NCBI RefSeq assembly: GCF_001194135.2
Contig: NC_068996.1
Location: forward strand, 30,114,403-30,178,402
Source: Octopus bimaculoides
Taxonomy: Eukaryota
Direction: 5' to 3'
DNA length: 64,000 nt
In this document: piece by piece, positions 52,801-60,553 of the stretch
Layout of the letters: each line of letters starts with the position of its first letter
How positions within the stretch are numbered: the first letter of the stretch is position 1
Position numbers and translations under genes: made by a program
Notes under the pieces: model-generated
What the model saw: the letters and a program-made list of their open reading frames with translations, nothing else
Databases searched by the model: none
Told to the model about the DNA's origin: nothing

Positions 52801-55800
52801 TTATTAATTCTGTTTGTAATAAACTTGCCAGTGTTTAAAAATATTTACTTTTTTATGTATGATAGAGCAATTATTTTTATTTGTGTACTAAATATATTAT
52901 TTCTTAACAAAGTTTTTACCCGTTCCTGGATGATGCCAAAACTCAGTATGATGTATTGAACACTATGTATAAACAGATGGATATGAAATACACAGAACTT
53001 GCAAATTATTTTACTTTTGATAGGAAAAAATATTCATCTGAAGAATTTTTTCATGACATAAAGGAATTTCAAAGTAGTTTTGATGTATGTTATATTTTTT
53101 CATTTTTTAAAACTGCTTTTGAAAATATTTTAAAAGAATTGCATTTTTATGATCAATCATAACATTTATTTAAAAAAGTTTGTAGGTTGGCTTAGATTAC
53201 TGGTTGTAGTCATTTCTAATTCAGCTAAATACCCTCACAATTCTTACCTATACCGCCACTAAAAACGTTATAAATTTTATTATATACTGGAGAAACTAGT
53301 CCATTTAATATGTTCACTTCTTTGCAATGACAGTAAACAACTTATTAAAACAAATATTAAGAAAATTGGATTAAGTATTGAGTTGAACAGTGTATGGGTG
53401 TTTGTATAATGGTGTGTGTGGTGAGGGGCACTTGAACCACATTCTTAGCAATAATGCATAGACAAAATCAATGCTATTTTTCTATTACAATATGAAAACT
53501 TGTTAAAAAGAAATTTTGATCATCCCCATTTTGTGAAGTACTCTCTTGGTGTGTGCCATTTCTTATCATGTTTAAGAAATGATGACACCTTATCAAGACA
53601 CGTTCAGATCATTGTGTTGAGAAGTATAACATTGATTTGGCGCATATAAAGTTTGAAGTACATTGCGGCAAAATTTTGTGTAAGGAAAAAAACTTTTCTT
53701 CATAGTAGTTAATTAATTGATGGATCTGTTACATTTGCAATCAAGCGGCATGAACATGGACAGATAGAAACAAAGGGTATGGTAAAATAGAAGTCCTGAA
53801 GAGTTTTGTATAGAAAAGGAAAAGATAGAATAGATAGATAACTTTCTTTTGAACGTGGTAGAATATTGAAGTGTAACATTTTGTTTGAGAGTACCTCTTC
53901 ATTGTAGGTGTATGACAGTATAAGTAGTAATACATGTTCCCTCAAACTTTTAGTAAACAGTGTGTGCAAAAGTATGTGTCCACTGAATTGTTAATTACTA
54001 CATTACTTTTGGCAACTATGTTTTCTGCATGCATAAATTTCTTTTGTGTGCCAGTTGCAGAACATATGTGCACGAACAATGCTTTTAATCTTTTGGTGGC
54101 TTTGTATAGTGGTTACCCAGCTTATTTCATAATGTGAAACAGATGAGAGAAAAATCTTATCCTTGGATAGAATGCCGGACTATTTCAGAAAACTTTCCAA
54201 GATCTAGATAAGTTCTGCTTGTTTAAAATTTTTTCCCAGTTCCTTAAGTCAGTAAGGCTGAACACCTGTTAATTAGGAATACTTTCATAAGAAAATGTTT
54301 GGCAGTTGAAACCATTTACATATAATAGATTTATATTATTATTTTTGCTCCTTTTTACAAAAAGTTCCTTATAGTTGATATTTCTATTTTAGAATGAAAT
54401 TAATATTTAAATTATGTAATGTTTTCTGTCTGATCATTGACAACTGTAATTTTATATGCAAAGGAGACAGAAAGTAGGTATATGTTTTGGTTGTGTTAAA
54501 TGTCATCATTTTCAGTTTTTGACATACTATGTTTAATCTTTCATTGTTCTTTTTGTTTTCCATCCACCCATTTTAAATTTCCTAACTTATAGCACGCTTT
54601 GAAGGAAAACAAGCAACAAAAAGAAACACTTGCAAACATAGCACGAGCAAAAGAAGCTAAAGAAGCCCGAGAACGAGAACGAAAAGAAAAGTTACAACGG
54701 CAAAAGCAATTTATGGATGTTAATGCAGGTTTGTTTTGTAAATTTATTTTTACTGTTCTCAGTCAGGTTTAAATTATGTAAACACTGTTTTTAATCATAC
54801 TACCAGAATAGATTATTATCATCAATACCATAAGGGTAATATGATTCTTTACGCATTTTAAATCAAGTGACTTTTAAATACAAAATGATTTATATTTCAT
54901 GCCCTTTATAATGCCATAGTTCTATCAATTTAAAACAATTTTTTTGTATTGATTTATAAGGGAGAATATTTATGCCAAATGGAGCAGTGAATTTTGAATT
55001 TGGATTCACTGCCCATCCTATGCCAACTTCTCAACTGTAAATTGAGCAGAATATGTCCGTCAAACAAGCTAAAACAAACAAATTTGTACCTGTCTAGTCT
55101 AGAGCATGATTTTTACCTAGAGCCATGCTCTGGGTAAGGTAGGTCCAGATTAATCATGCAAATTTTGTTGGTATTCACATCATTCTTGTAGATTAGAAAG
55201 TACTGATAGACTCAGAATCTTAGAAGTGTTTTGAAATTATCTTCAAGGCAACAACTCTTAAGTTTAATTACTTATACTTCTAAAATTTTTTATAAGTTCT
55301 ATAACCACAAGACACTATAAGTCAGGATGGAAGTAATCAATTTAAACATCTCAAATTCCTTATAAAATATTCTGAACAAATTGTTGCAAAATGTCTATAT
55401 ATTTCCTTCAGATGAACCAAATCATGGAGTTGTTGATAATCTCTTGGAGGCACTAACAAGTGGTTCAGCTTTTAATATGAACCGAGAAAAGCGAGAAGGA
55501 AAACGGCGAGTTCCACGGCCAGGAGGTAATTTGTTTCCATTTCTTGTACCTATGGTTATATTTTAGATTTTTTTTTTTTTTTTGTGATTGTAAAACAGAG
55601 AGAGTAATATTAAGGAATTATGTGTACTCATAAAAAAAAATAATAGTAATGAATATCCATTCACTCAAAATTCTACATGATGTGTAAGACCTCAAAAAAT
55701 TTTGTTTAAGCCCTTAGTAAATTATAATACTCTATTCGTCTCAGAGATTCTAGATTGGAAAATGGTTTCATTGCACTTGGAATAGAAAAATAGATTTTTT

Positions 55801-56624
55801 TCCCTCTGGACACTAGCTTAACATAATGTCTATTTTGTTAAGAGAGAAAGAGACAATATTAAACTGTAACTTGTACATAATTGCCTTTTTTAACCATTGT
55901 TTTAGGTTCATTTTGTCTGAAGATCTTATGAGTGACATAATGTTACATGTTGAACAATTGTTTCTTTGGATAGGTGTCCTTCCTATTGTTAATCTTTATT
56001 TATGCCAGAAACTTATTAGACTGAGTCAAGCATAGTTATGTGAGTTGATCGAAGACTTATAACAATGTCTATGCAGTCAGATTTGAACTCGTAACCTAAT
56101 GCTCAGTCACACAGCATATTAACTGCATAATGATGGTGCACCTTAAAAAACGTAATGGTAACTGGTGTGTATGACATTTAAACAGTTTATCTCTTTAGAT
56201 AAGTATATCTGTAATATATACTTTTAATAGCTTTTTGGATTATCCTAAGTACTGAATAAGATGTTGATGCATTGATATAGAACTATCTTTTATGAGCTGC
56301 TAAGTGTATTGGTCATTTTAAACTTCATCCTGGTTGAAACTTCATACATTCCTTAAATTTATAAAAAAAATAATTGATTTATGAATGTCTTTTTTTCTAA
56401 AATCCTTGGTGAGATGTTATTTTATATTTTCAAATTTTTGCTTCCTTTTATGACACTTTTTTATTTATTCATTTGACTATATATTTTTTATCTATTTGCA
56501 ATTTTCCCCCCTCATAGACAGACCATCTTTACTTTCAAGATCCAGGCGTCAGGGTCGTTGTTCAGCTATGGTTACTAAGATAACTGATACTGAGGTGAAA
56601 AATAAGACCAATTTCTATGCATGA
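147..56624 (+). CDS. dia: Diaphanous-related formin, 5'-partial spliced gene: join(147..263,3873..3991,5882..6048,7615..8025,12018..12132,28524..28604,36487..36683,38171..38257,48083..48235,49696..49825,50726..50850,52920..53084,54593..54728,55412..55525,56518..56624), about 740 aa
   Basis: All 14 junctions are phase-compatible. The joined translation gives Diaphanous motifs in order: [31 protein letters not shown], poly-Pro FH1, [61 protein letters not shown], and [19 protein letters not shown]. Confidence 0.95.
1400..1560 (-). mobile_element. tRNA-derived SINE, family B
   Basis: Same sequence recurs at 13040-13230; the minus strand has an A/B-box-like head (GCTGGCAGAATC...). Confidence 0.7.
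1590..2960 (+). mobile_element. decayed RTE-clade LINE, reverse transcriptase fragment
   Basis: ORF 2403..2660 ([15 protein letters not shown]...[13 protein letters not shown]) is colinear with the copy at 19945-22795. Confidence 0.75.
3040..3178 (-). mobile_element. tRNA-derived SINE, family A, 5' part
   Basis: Similar to the full copies at 61978-62328 and 48305-48625. Confidence 0.6.
3873..3991 (+). CDS. dia: dia exon ([39 protein letters not shown])
   Basis: TACAG| acceptor, G|GTATGT donor, phase 2/1; highly conserved Diaphanous DID/dimerisation motif. Confidence 0.95.
4250..5336 (-). mobile_element. decayed piggyBac-like DNA transposon
   Basis: Minus strand begins TTAA|CCCCTTT. Fragments [18 protein letters not shown] and CDFLTGC resemble piggyBac transposase motifs. 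The other terminus was not found. Confidence 0.5.
5882..6048 (+). CDS. dia: dia exon, coiled coil (EQISNDK...[15 protein letters not shown]...MKEK)
   Basis: TAG| acceptor, AAG|GTTTCA donor, phase 1/0; contains the conserved ELTARQE motif. Confidence 0.9.
6762..7001 (-). mobile_element. RTE LINE 3' tail (or SINE sharing it), ending in (GAT)n
   Basis: Reverse complement of 22640-22795; similar pieces at about 40900-41200 (-) and 42680-42825 (+). Confidence 0.75.
7615..8025 (+). CDS. dia: dia exon, FH1 proline-rich domain and FH2 lasso start (...KIKRINWTQ)
   Basis: TTTCAG| acceptor, CAA|GTATGC donor, 137 codons; overlaps ORF 7636..8067. Confidence 0.95.
8700..8868 (-). mobile_element. SINE family A, 5' part
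   Basis: Similarity to 61978-62328. Confidence 0.65.
9790..10620 (-). mobile_element. decayed HERO/NeSL-type non-LTR retrotransposon with restriction-like endonuclease (RLE)
   Basis: Minus translation RPDMFWLS...IVEHTMPW*...KKTKYQDL...EVGC...AAETSS, plus upstream [15 protein letters not shown] and [15 protein letters not shown]. Confidence 0.7.
12018..12132 (+). CDS. dia: dia exon, FH2 ([20 protein letters not shown]...FSMKTQ)
   Basis: TATAG| acceptor, G|GTTAGT donor; carries the second FH2 lasso Trp (ENSFW). Confidence 0.9.
13040..13230 (-). mobile_element. tRNA-derived SINE, family B
   Basis: Matches 1400-1560. Confidence 0.7.
13540..14300. mobile_element. old foldback/long-TIR element
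   Basis: 13550-13700 is a diverged inverted copy of 14000-14145; sub-repeats continue to about 14300. Confidence 0.45.
16354..17797 (+). mobile_element. mariner (Tc1/mariner) transposon, decayed, with a duplicated 3' end
   Basis: TA-flanked TIRs (..GGTGGTATCAAAAA / TTTTTGATACCACC..); ORF 16545 with HTH ([14 protein letters not shown]); ORF 17063 with [15 protein letters not shown]. The C-terminus is repeated at 17365-17485. Confidence 0.88.
19945..22795 (+). mobile_element. 5'-truncated RTE-clade LINE: endonuclease end, RT, internal C4HC3 finger, 3' UTR with about 60-bp repeats, (GAT)n tail
   Basis: ORFs 19999, 20615, 20939 ([20 protein letters not shown]) and 21392; many stops and frameshifts. 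Confidence 0.9.
22800..23715 (-). mobile_element. Penelope-like element, family P1: GIY-YIG end and 3' region
   Basis: ORF 23493..23714 (KCPL..LVYKC..YIYIGQT..FK..H) plus shared sequence with 25051-25810, 42826-45080 and 45090-47210. Confidence 0.78.
23775..23965 (-). mobile_element. SINE family A, 5' part
   Basis: Similarity to 61978-62328. Confidence 0.65.
24010..24051 (-). ncRNA. minimal type I hammerhead ribozyme motif in a PLE-like terminal repeat
   Basis: Minus strand reads CTGGC-CTGAAGA-T-CTT(GTAC)AAG-T-GAAA-CT(AAG)AG-TA-GCAAG. Confidence 0.6.
24420..25020. repeat. degenerate minisatellite, about 10 copies of a ~62-bp unit
   Basis: Recurrent unit TACTGTTT..GAGG.GTGGTCAA..GTTCAAAA.GTAACAATTGAAGTGATAGTCATGGGG. 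Confidence 0.8.
25051..25810 (+). mobile_element. PLE family P1 3' fragment with a short inverted 5' copy of its end
   Basis: 25051-25125 is the reverse complement of about 25683-25759; the body matches 22800-23400 in reverse. Confidence 0.7.
25840..26091. repeat. compound (TA)/(TG)/(CA)/(TATC) microsatellite followed by an assembly gap (N 26092-26177)
   Basis: Direct reading. Confidence 0.9.
26247..26294 (-). ncRNA. degenerate minimal hammerhead motif (PLE-type)
   Basis: Minus strand GTCT-CTGATGG-...-GGAAA-C(AGCT)GT-A-AGAC; palindromic stem III; core position A9 mutated. Confidence 0.45.
26640..26985 (+). mobile_element. PLE GIY-YIG endonuclease C-terminal fragment
   Basis: [46 protein letters not shown]. 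Confidence 0.7.
27518..27908 (+). mobile_element. SINE family A, near full length
   Basis: Colinear with 48305-48625. Confidence 0.75.
28524..28604 (+). CDS. dia: dia exon, FH2 ([27 protein letters not shown])
   Basis: TGCAG| acceptor, T|GTAAGA donor, phase 1/1; KELKVLD..SAQNL motif. Confidence 0.93.
30893..30921 (-). ncRNA. hammerhead core with collapsed stem II (inverted twin of 31192-31237)
   Basis: Minus strand GACAC-CTGAAGA-AGCC-GAAA-CG-TT-GTGTT. Confidence 0.5.
31192..31237 (+). ncRNA. minimal type I hammerhead ribozyme motif (sense to the dia pre-mRNA)
   Basis: GACAT-CTGATGA-A-GGCTG(GAGGTTATAT)CAGCC-GAAA-TG-TT-GTGTT. Confidence 0.65.
31385..32400 (+). mobile_element. decayed CR1-clade LINE RT, with an internal duplication
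   Basis: [33 protein letters not shown] and CLDY motifs. Confidence 0.75.
32537..33114. mobile_element. 578-bp MITE with 8-bp TSD, nested inverted repeats and a central telomere-repeat palindrome
   Basis: TSD CAGTATTC at 32529-32536 and 33115-33122; TIR GGATCTTTTTTAAAACGGGGGCCACATTTTTCATTAA; inner arms about 32703-32772 and 32885-32954; centre (TAACCC)n AGGG(TTAGGG)3. Confidence 0.9.
34230..35250 (+). mobile_element. decayed R4/Dong-clade LINE C-terminus
   Basis: [17 protein letters not shown] and Y*WNV..KC.YNSP remnants. Confidence 0.5.
35890..36130 (-). mobile_element. R4/Dong-clade RLE fragment
   Basis: Minus translation [16 protein letters not shown]...[18 protein letters not shown]. 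Confidence 0.5.
36487..36683 (+). CDS. dia: dia exon, FH2 ([15 protein letters not shown]...[10 protein letters not shown])
   Basis: TTTCAG| acceptor, GTG|GTAAGT donor; overlaps ORF 36504..36725. Confidence 0.95.
37014..37291. mobile_element. small foldback/MITE with ~70-bp inverted arms
   Basis: 37014-37083 pairs with about 37222-37291. Confidence 0.6.
37887..38036 (+). mobile_element. 150-bp PLE 3' fragment, direct repeat of 39970-40119
   Basis: 7 mismatches in 150 bp by manual alignment. Confidence 0.85.
38171..38257 (+). CDS. dia: dia exon, FH2 ([29 protein letters not shown])
   Basis: Poly-T CAG| acceptor, CCT|GTGAGT donor, phase 0/0. Confidence 0.92.
39440..40119 (+). mobile_element. 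PLE RT end and GIY-YIG domain
   Basis: [28 protein letters not shown] and [22 protein letters not shown]. Confidence 0.75.
41925..42620 (+). mobile_element. RTE-BovB-like LINE C-terminus
   Basis: [36 protein letters not shown]. Confidence 0.85.
42826..45080 (-). mobile_element. PLE family P1 (RT end and GIY-YIG), interrupted by a solo LTR
   Basis: ORF 44424 ([21 protein letters not shown]) and ORF 43428 ([17 protein letters not shown]). Confidence 0.78.
43625..44526 (+). mobile_element. solo LTR, 902 bp, 4-bp TSD GGTA
   Basis: TGTAGTGAAAC...GGTCGTTCTATTACA; GGTA at 43621-43624 and 44527-44530. Strand is assumed. Confidence 0.85.
45090..47210 (+). mobile_element. PLE family P1 3' portion, interrupted by an RTE LINE
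   Basis: [24 protein letters not shown]; continues after 46514 and matches 25140-25810. Confidence 0.72.
45348..46514 (-). mobile_element. 5'-truncated RTE LINE, TSD AAAATCAT (contains N gap 45655-46194)
   Basis: [30 protein letters not shown]; TSD at 45340-45347 and 46515-46522. Confidence 0.85.
48083..48235 (+). CDS. dia: dia exon, FH2 post (SIVAITQAF...[24 protein letters not shown])
   Basis: CATCAG| acceptor, AAG|GTATGT donor; GNYMN signature. Confidence 0.96.
48305..48625 (+). mobile_element. SINE family A
   Basis: Head GGTTGTGTGGTAAGAAG..GGTTCAGTC; 70 nt after a dia exon. Confidence 0.8.
49696..49825 (+). CDS. dia: dia exon, FH2 ([18 protein letters not shown]...YIEKASK)
   Basis: AACAG| acceptor, T|GTAAAT donor; LxDTK...TLLHF motif. 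Confidence 0.95.
49968..50185. mobile_element. mariner-derived MITE
   Basis: TIR TGCTGAAAAGTTCCTGGCTTT / AAAGCCAGGAACTTTTCAGCA. Confidence 0.8.
50726..50850 (+). CDS. dia: dia exon, FH2 ([11 protein letters not shown]...GDKFVEKLE), ending at a U12 donor
   Basis: TTTAG| acceptor; homology ends at GAA|ATATCCTTT. Confidence 0.92.
51540..51580 (-). ncRNA. minimal hammerhead motif in a PLE terminal repeat inside the U12 intron
   Basis: Minus strand CTCTTA-CTGATGA-A-GAGC(ATAG)GCTC-GAAA-CA-TC-AAAGAC. Confidence 0.6.
52400..52730 (+). mobile_element. PLE RT-endonuclease linker fragment
   Basis: [39 protein letters not shown]. Confidence 0.7.
52920..53084 (+). CDS. dia: dia exon, FH2 C-terminal ([19 protein letters not shown]...[15 protein letters not shown])
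   Basis: AC| acceptor, GAT|GTATGT donor, 55 codons; EEFF motif. Confidence 0.92.
54593..54728 (+). CDS. dia: dia exon, FH2 end and basic linker ([11 protein letters not shown]...KQFMDVNA)
   Basis: TATAG| acceptor, G|GTTTGT donor; AxKEN motif. Confidence 0.93.
55412..55525 (+). CDS. dia: dia exon, DAD ([38 protein letters not shown])
   Basis: TTCAG| acceptor, G|GTAATT donor; DAD motif plus basic patch. Confidence 0.95.
56518..56624 (+). CDS. dia: probable last coding exon of dia ([13 protein letters not shown]...TNFYA*)
   Basis: Strong pyrimidine tract and CATAG|, correct phase 1; LSRSR resembles the tail of invertebrate Dia (recalled). Stop TGA at 56622-56624. A weak internal donor GAG|GTGAAA at 56595 could extend the gene. 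Confidence 0.6.
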
Positions 56625-56643
56625 AATGGCATTGTTGTTGCAG

Positions 56644-56693
<50 letters not shown>

Positions 56694-59199
56694 CACAGTC
56701 ATATATATATATATATATATTGTTGTTGCACAGTCATATAATTTATTTTCCTTGTTCTTATTCTTTTGCTTGTTTTACATTATTTTTTGTTAATGTCCCA
56801 TATTTTAATCTTTCATATTCATTTTTCTTAGGAGTTTTTTTGTTTTGTATTATGTTATAGATTGAGCTTGATGGTCTTATCTCCAATCACTGTGTTGGGG
56901 AAGAACAGCACTTGTGAGGTTTTCTAGGTTACAAACCTTCATCATGTTATATAGATTTTTTTTAGAGAATGTCTTTCTCACAGTGTAAATTCCTTGTGAA
57001 TGCAAGTCAAAACAACTAAAGAAGAGATTATATATAGGAGAGAAAGAGAAAGGGGTGGAGTGTATGAGAGAGAGAGAGAATGAGTGAGTGATACTCAATA
57101 GAAGATGCAAATCTAAATCAAATTCATTTGAAGAGATAAAGAATTTAAGGTGAATTTCAATATCATTTTAATTGGCTGATTACAATAATACTTGCTTGGA
57201 ACTAGTCAAACTAAATGTAAATTGAAGTAGAAAAAGATTAGTGGATGGTAACTAGCTCACATTTTTTTATATATACTCATCTAAAATAAGAGAAGGAAGT
57301 GTACAGAGGTACTTGTAAAGAGATTAAATAAAACAGGAAAATGTACTTAGGTTTCAATTGAGAGTATTAGATTTCACAGATGCAATGACAGACCTATAAC
57401 ACTTGGTATATGCTGTATTTCTAGTATAAAAATTGATAAGAGTGTAAATGAGAACTTCAATTGTCATTTTGTTAAATTTGCAGTACTAACTCGCATCAAT
57501 TTGCATGAATGTTTGAACCAGTTATTAACAAACTCTCACTACAATTTTGTTTTTAGTTTATTATATCTTCCATTGCTTCATAATTTTTATATATGTAATG
57601 AAGTATATGTGTAAGCATTTCTTAGAATGAATAAGACAGTACTTTACCTTTATAGATTAACTGAGAAAAATATAATTGTTTGAATATTATAGGTCAATTT
57701 ATAACACATAAGTCACAGTATGTGACTAATTGTTTAATTTGTAGACAGTTTGAGAGACTGTGAAGCTTGATGTACAGCTTTTTCATTTTGGTACAAAAGG
57801 AGAGTGGATTTGAACTGGCTGTGTCTGTAATGGAGATTGAGGTAGTCACTATGTTTATATCTGAATAACAAGTTGTATATACATTAATGTTTGCTCCTAT
57901 ATTTTCTGTGTCCATGTTTTTGAGTACTCTACCTGAAAAACAATACATTGTGCATACATTTATGTATATCTGTGTGTTTGTTTGTGTTTGAGTACTCTTA
58001 AATGTAAGTGAATGAAATCAATATTTGTCATCAACATATTACTTATGTTTTCCATACTGGATTGAGTTGGGTGGATTGTCACAGTCAGAGTGAATTCTTA
58101 TTTAGAGTTCCTACACTCTTAGATTGGTTAGTGGACCATATCACTCATATGCTTAAATTTTGGATATGGCTTCTATGACTGGATTGCCTTCCTGTCATGA
58201 GTCACTTTACTCAATGTACTGGGTGTATTATATTGTGGTGCGAACATAAGAGAGATTGTCATGCATTGCCTCCAATCATTCAAAGCAGCTTGAATAAGAG
58301 AGAGATCGAGGGAATTATTGGAGGAAACAGTGATTGGAGTCCTAGAACGAAAGAGGAGAGAGTGATAGAAGAGGGACAGTGTTGGAAGAGAGGCTGTAAT
58401 GGTATCTACGTGTTTCTTGATGAGAAAGAAAGATTAAGTGATGAATGACCTGGTTGATAGCCCAGAAGAGTGATGTTAAGGTACAGTGAATATGAACAGA
58501 TCTAATGCTATGAGTCATACATATGCATTTTTGTGAGAGAGGAAGAGATGTATAGCATGGTCGTTGAATATACACGAGTCACTCTCTGTACTGGCAGCTC
58601 AGTACAGTGATTAGAAGAAAAGGCAGTTGGAAGCAGAGTGAGCAAAGACAAGCTCCAGTGCCATTTCCACTTACATGTGTAACATAGTGCAGTGAATAGG
58701 AAAGAGGACGAATGGAGGGAGTGCAAGTCATGGGGAATGTCTGAAAGGGCTGAGTATTGGAAATAAATAAATGAGAGATGAGATGATATCAGAGAGGTGA
58801 GATGGCAGTAGGTGAAGGCATAACAATGATGTATTAGACAAGAGACCCAAATATACGTATATCTTCATGTCCACTTTTCAATGCTTGCATGGGTCAAATG
58901 GTGAGAATAGTGTAGAAAGAGATGATAATGAAAATGAAAGACAGTTGTTAATTGAAAGTTGTTCTAGAAAGAGGAGGTACATGGTAGTGCAAAGAATGGT
59001 CAGGTATGAAATATGTACCAATTCTACTCTCAAGTGATTACAGCAGGTGAGTAGTACCAGATAGAAGAGTAATGGAGGGATGAATGTTAGAGAGATGAGA
59101 TGTAGGGAATGCTTGACTGGGCAAGATGGGTGCAGGTGTAGGGCCTAATACATACAAGCATAACAAAATGCTTCAAGGACCTCACTTTTGTCATCATGG

Positions 59200-60415
59200 A
59201 CAGGTTCCCTCAAGCACAGTAAATCACCAATTATTTCAGTCCTTCTCATCTCCACCATGAAGTTCAATATCATGAGATCAGCTTTTACAACTTCATCTTC
59301 CTGGGTCTTCTTTCACAAGTTCCATGCACTTTAAGAAACCAACTGCATCTTTATGAAGCTGTCCTCATCCAAAGCATCACATAACCAAACCAATGCAGTT
59401 GTGTTTCTTAGATACTACCTCTGATTCTTCTTATGCATAATTTTTTTCTCAATATATTAGCACTTGTTTTATATGCATACTGACATTGCATTTTCAGTGG
59501 GGCATACTAGCTTCACATCCTCTGTATTCAGGGCCCATGTCTCACTACCATGTAGCATTGCTGCATGCACATAAGTATCATACAATTAGCCTTTCACTCA
59601 GAGAGAGAGAGGGAGAGAGACCTTTCAACACCAACAAAAGTAATAACACTGAGCTTTATCCTATTCTTATTCTATCAACTATACTTTCAAAACATCCTCA
59701 TCCACTACTAATTAGGTCATCTAGGTAACAGAAACCATCTATTACCTTTAGGGAGCCTCCAGGACATTCAAGAAAGTACATTTCTCAAATGTCTTTAGTG
59801 TTTATTGCTCCTGCACATCTGCAAACAAATGCTACTTTCTCCATTAACCTTCATGTGATTCCATTACTCCTCTTGTGTACCCATAACTTGCACTGGATAC
59901 ACAATATAGAATTCTTGACTACAGCTCTCCTGAGTATCAAGCAGGGGCATTCACTTGATGGAAATAGTCCCGTTTGTTTTCCTACTTACTAGAACTCTGG
60001 TCTTTGCAAACTTAAGTTTGAGACCCTTTGATTCCCGATTTTGCTTCCAACCTGTAATTCTACTACAGATTTGACTATGAGAATGAGGTTGTCAGTATAT
60101 AGCAGTTCCCAGGAGCAGCAGTTCTTAAATTTTTATATAATATCCTAGAGGACAATCATGAATAAGAAGGGACTGAGAACCAAGCCCTGGTAAACTCTTG
60201 TTTGTATTCTAAATTCATTGCTCTGCTCATGGCTAACTCTCACTTTACAGGCAGTACTCCATTCATGACTTGTGTGGCTTTCATGAGCCATTCATCTATC
60301 CCTAGTTTCGTTAGAGACAACCAGATCACAGAGTGAAGGTTTCTGTTAATGATTTTCTCCAGGTCAACAAGTGCTAAGTACAGTGGTTTACTTTAACTTA
60401 GTACTTCTCCTGAAA
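59200..60415 (-). mobile_element. decayed RTE LINE, same family as 19945-22795
   Basis: Minus strand QEKY..KPLYLALVDLEK, Cys-cluster remnant and GSETW region. Confidence 0.75.
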
Positions 60416-60553
60416 GTAAACCATTCAAATATAGATGGATGTGTTACCATATATATGTTTATGTAATATACTTATATGTATTATATATACAATTTGTTTG
60501 TACGTGTGCATGAGTGTGTGTGTTCATGTCTCTTTCTCTTCCCATTATACAGT

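Larger units (their letters stand above)
50851..52919 (+). other. U12-dependent AT-AC intron, 2069 nt
   Basis: 5' ATATCCTTT (50851-50859); branch TTCTTAAC (52901-52908); TAC| acceptor (AC at 52918-52919). Removal gives KFVEKLE|[10 protein letters not shown], colinear with DIAPH1 KFVEKMT-SFVKDAQEQY. Confidence 0.9.

Noticed and set aside
53430-54300. Possible minus-strand PLE RT remnant (QDFYFTI; [10 protein letters not shown])
   Set aside because: The motifs are too decayed to support by eye.
55430-55435. DAD Met-to-Val change as a genomically fixed A-to-I edit
   Set aside because: The codon is GTT, not GTG, so it is not a single ATG-to-GTG step.
57694-57948. Minus-strand 84-aa ORF behind a good acceptor (TTTTTCAG|), possible last exon of a convergent gene
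   Set aside because: No recognisable protein motif, and I found no partner exon in 58-64 kb.
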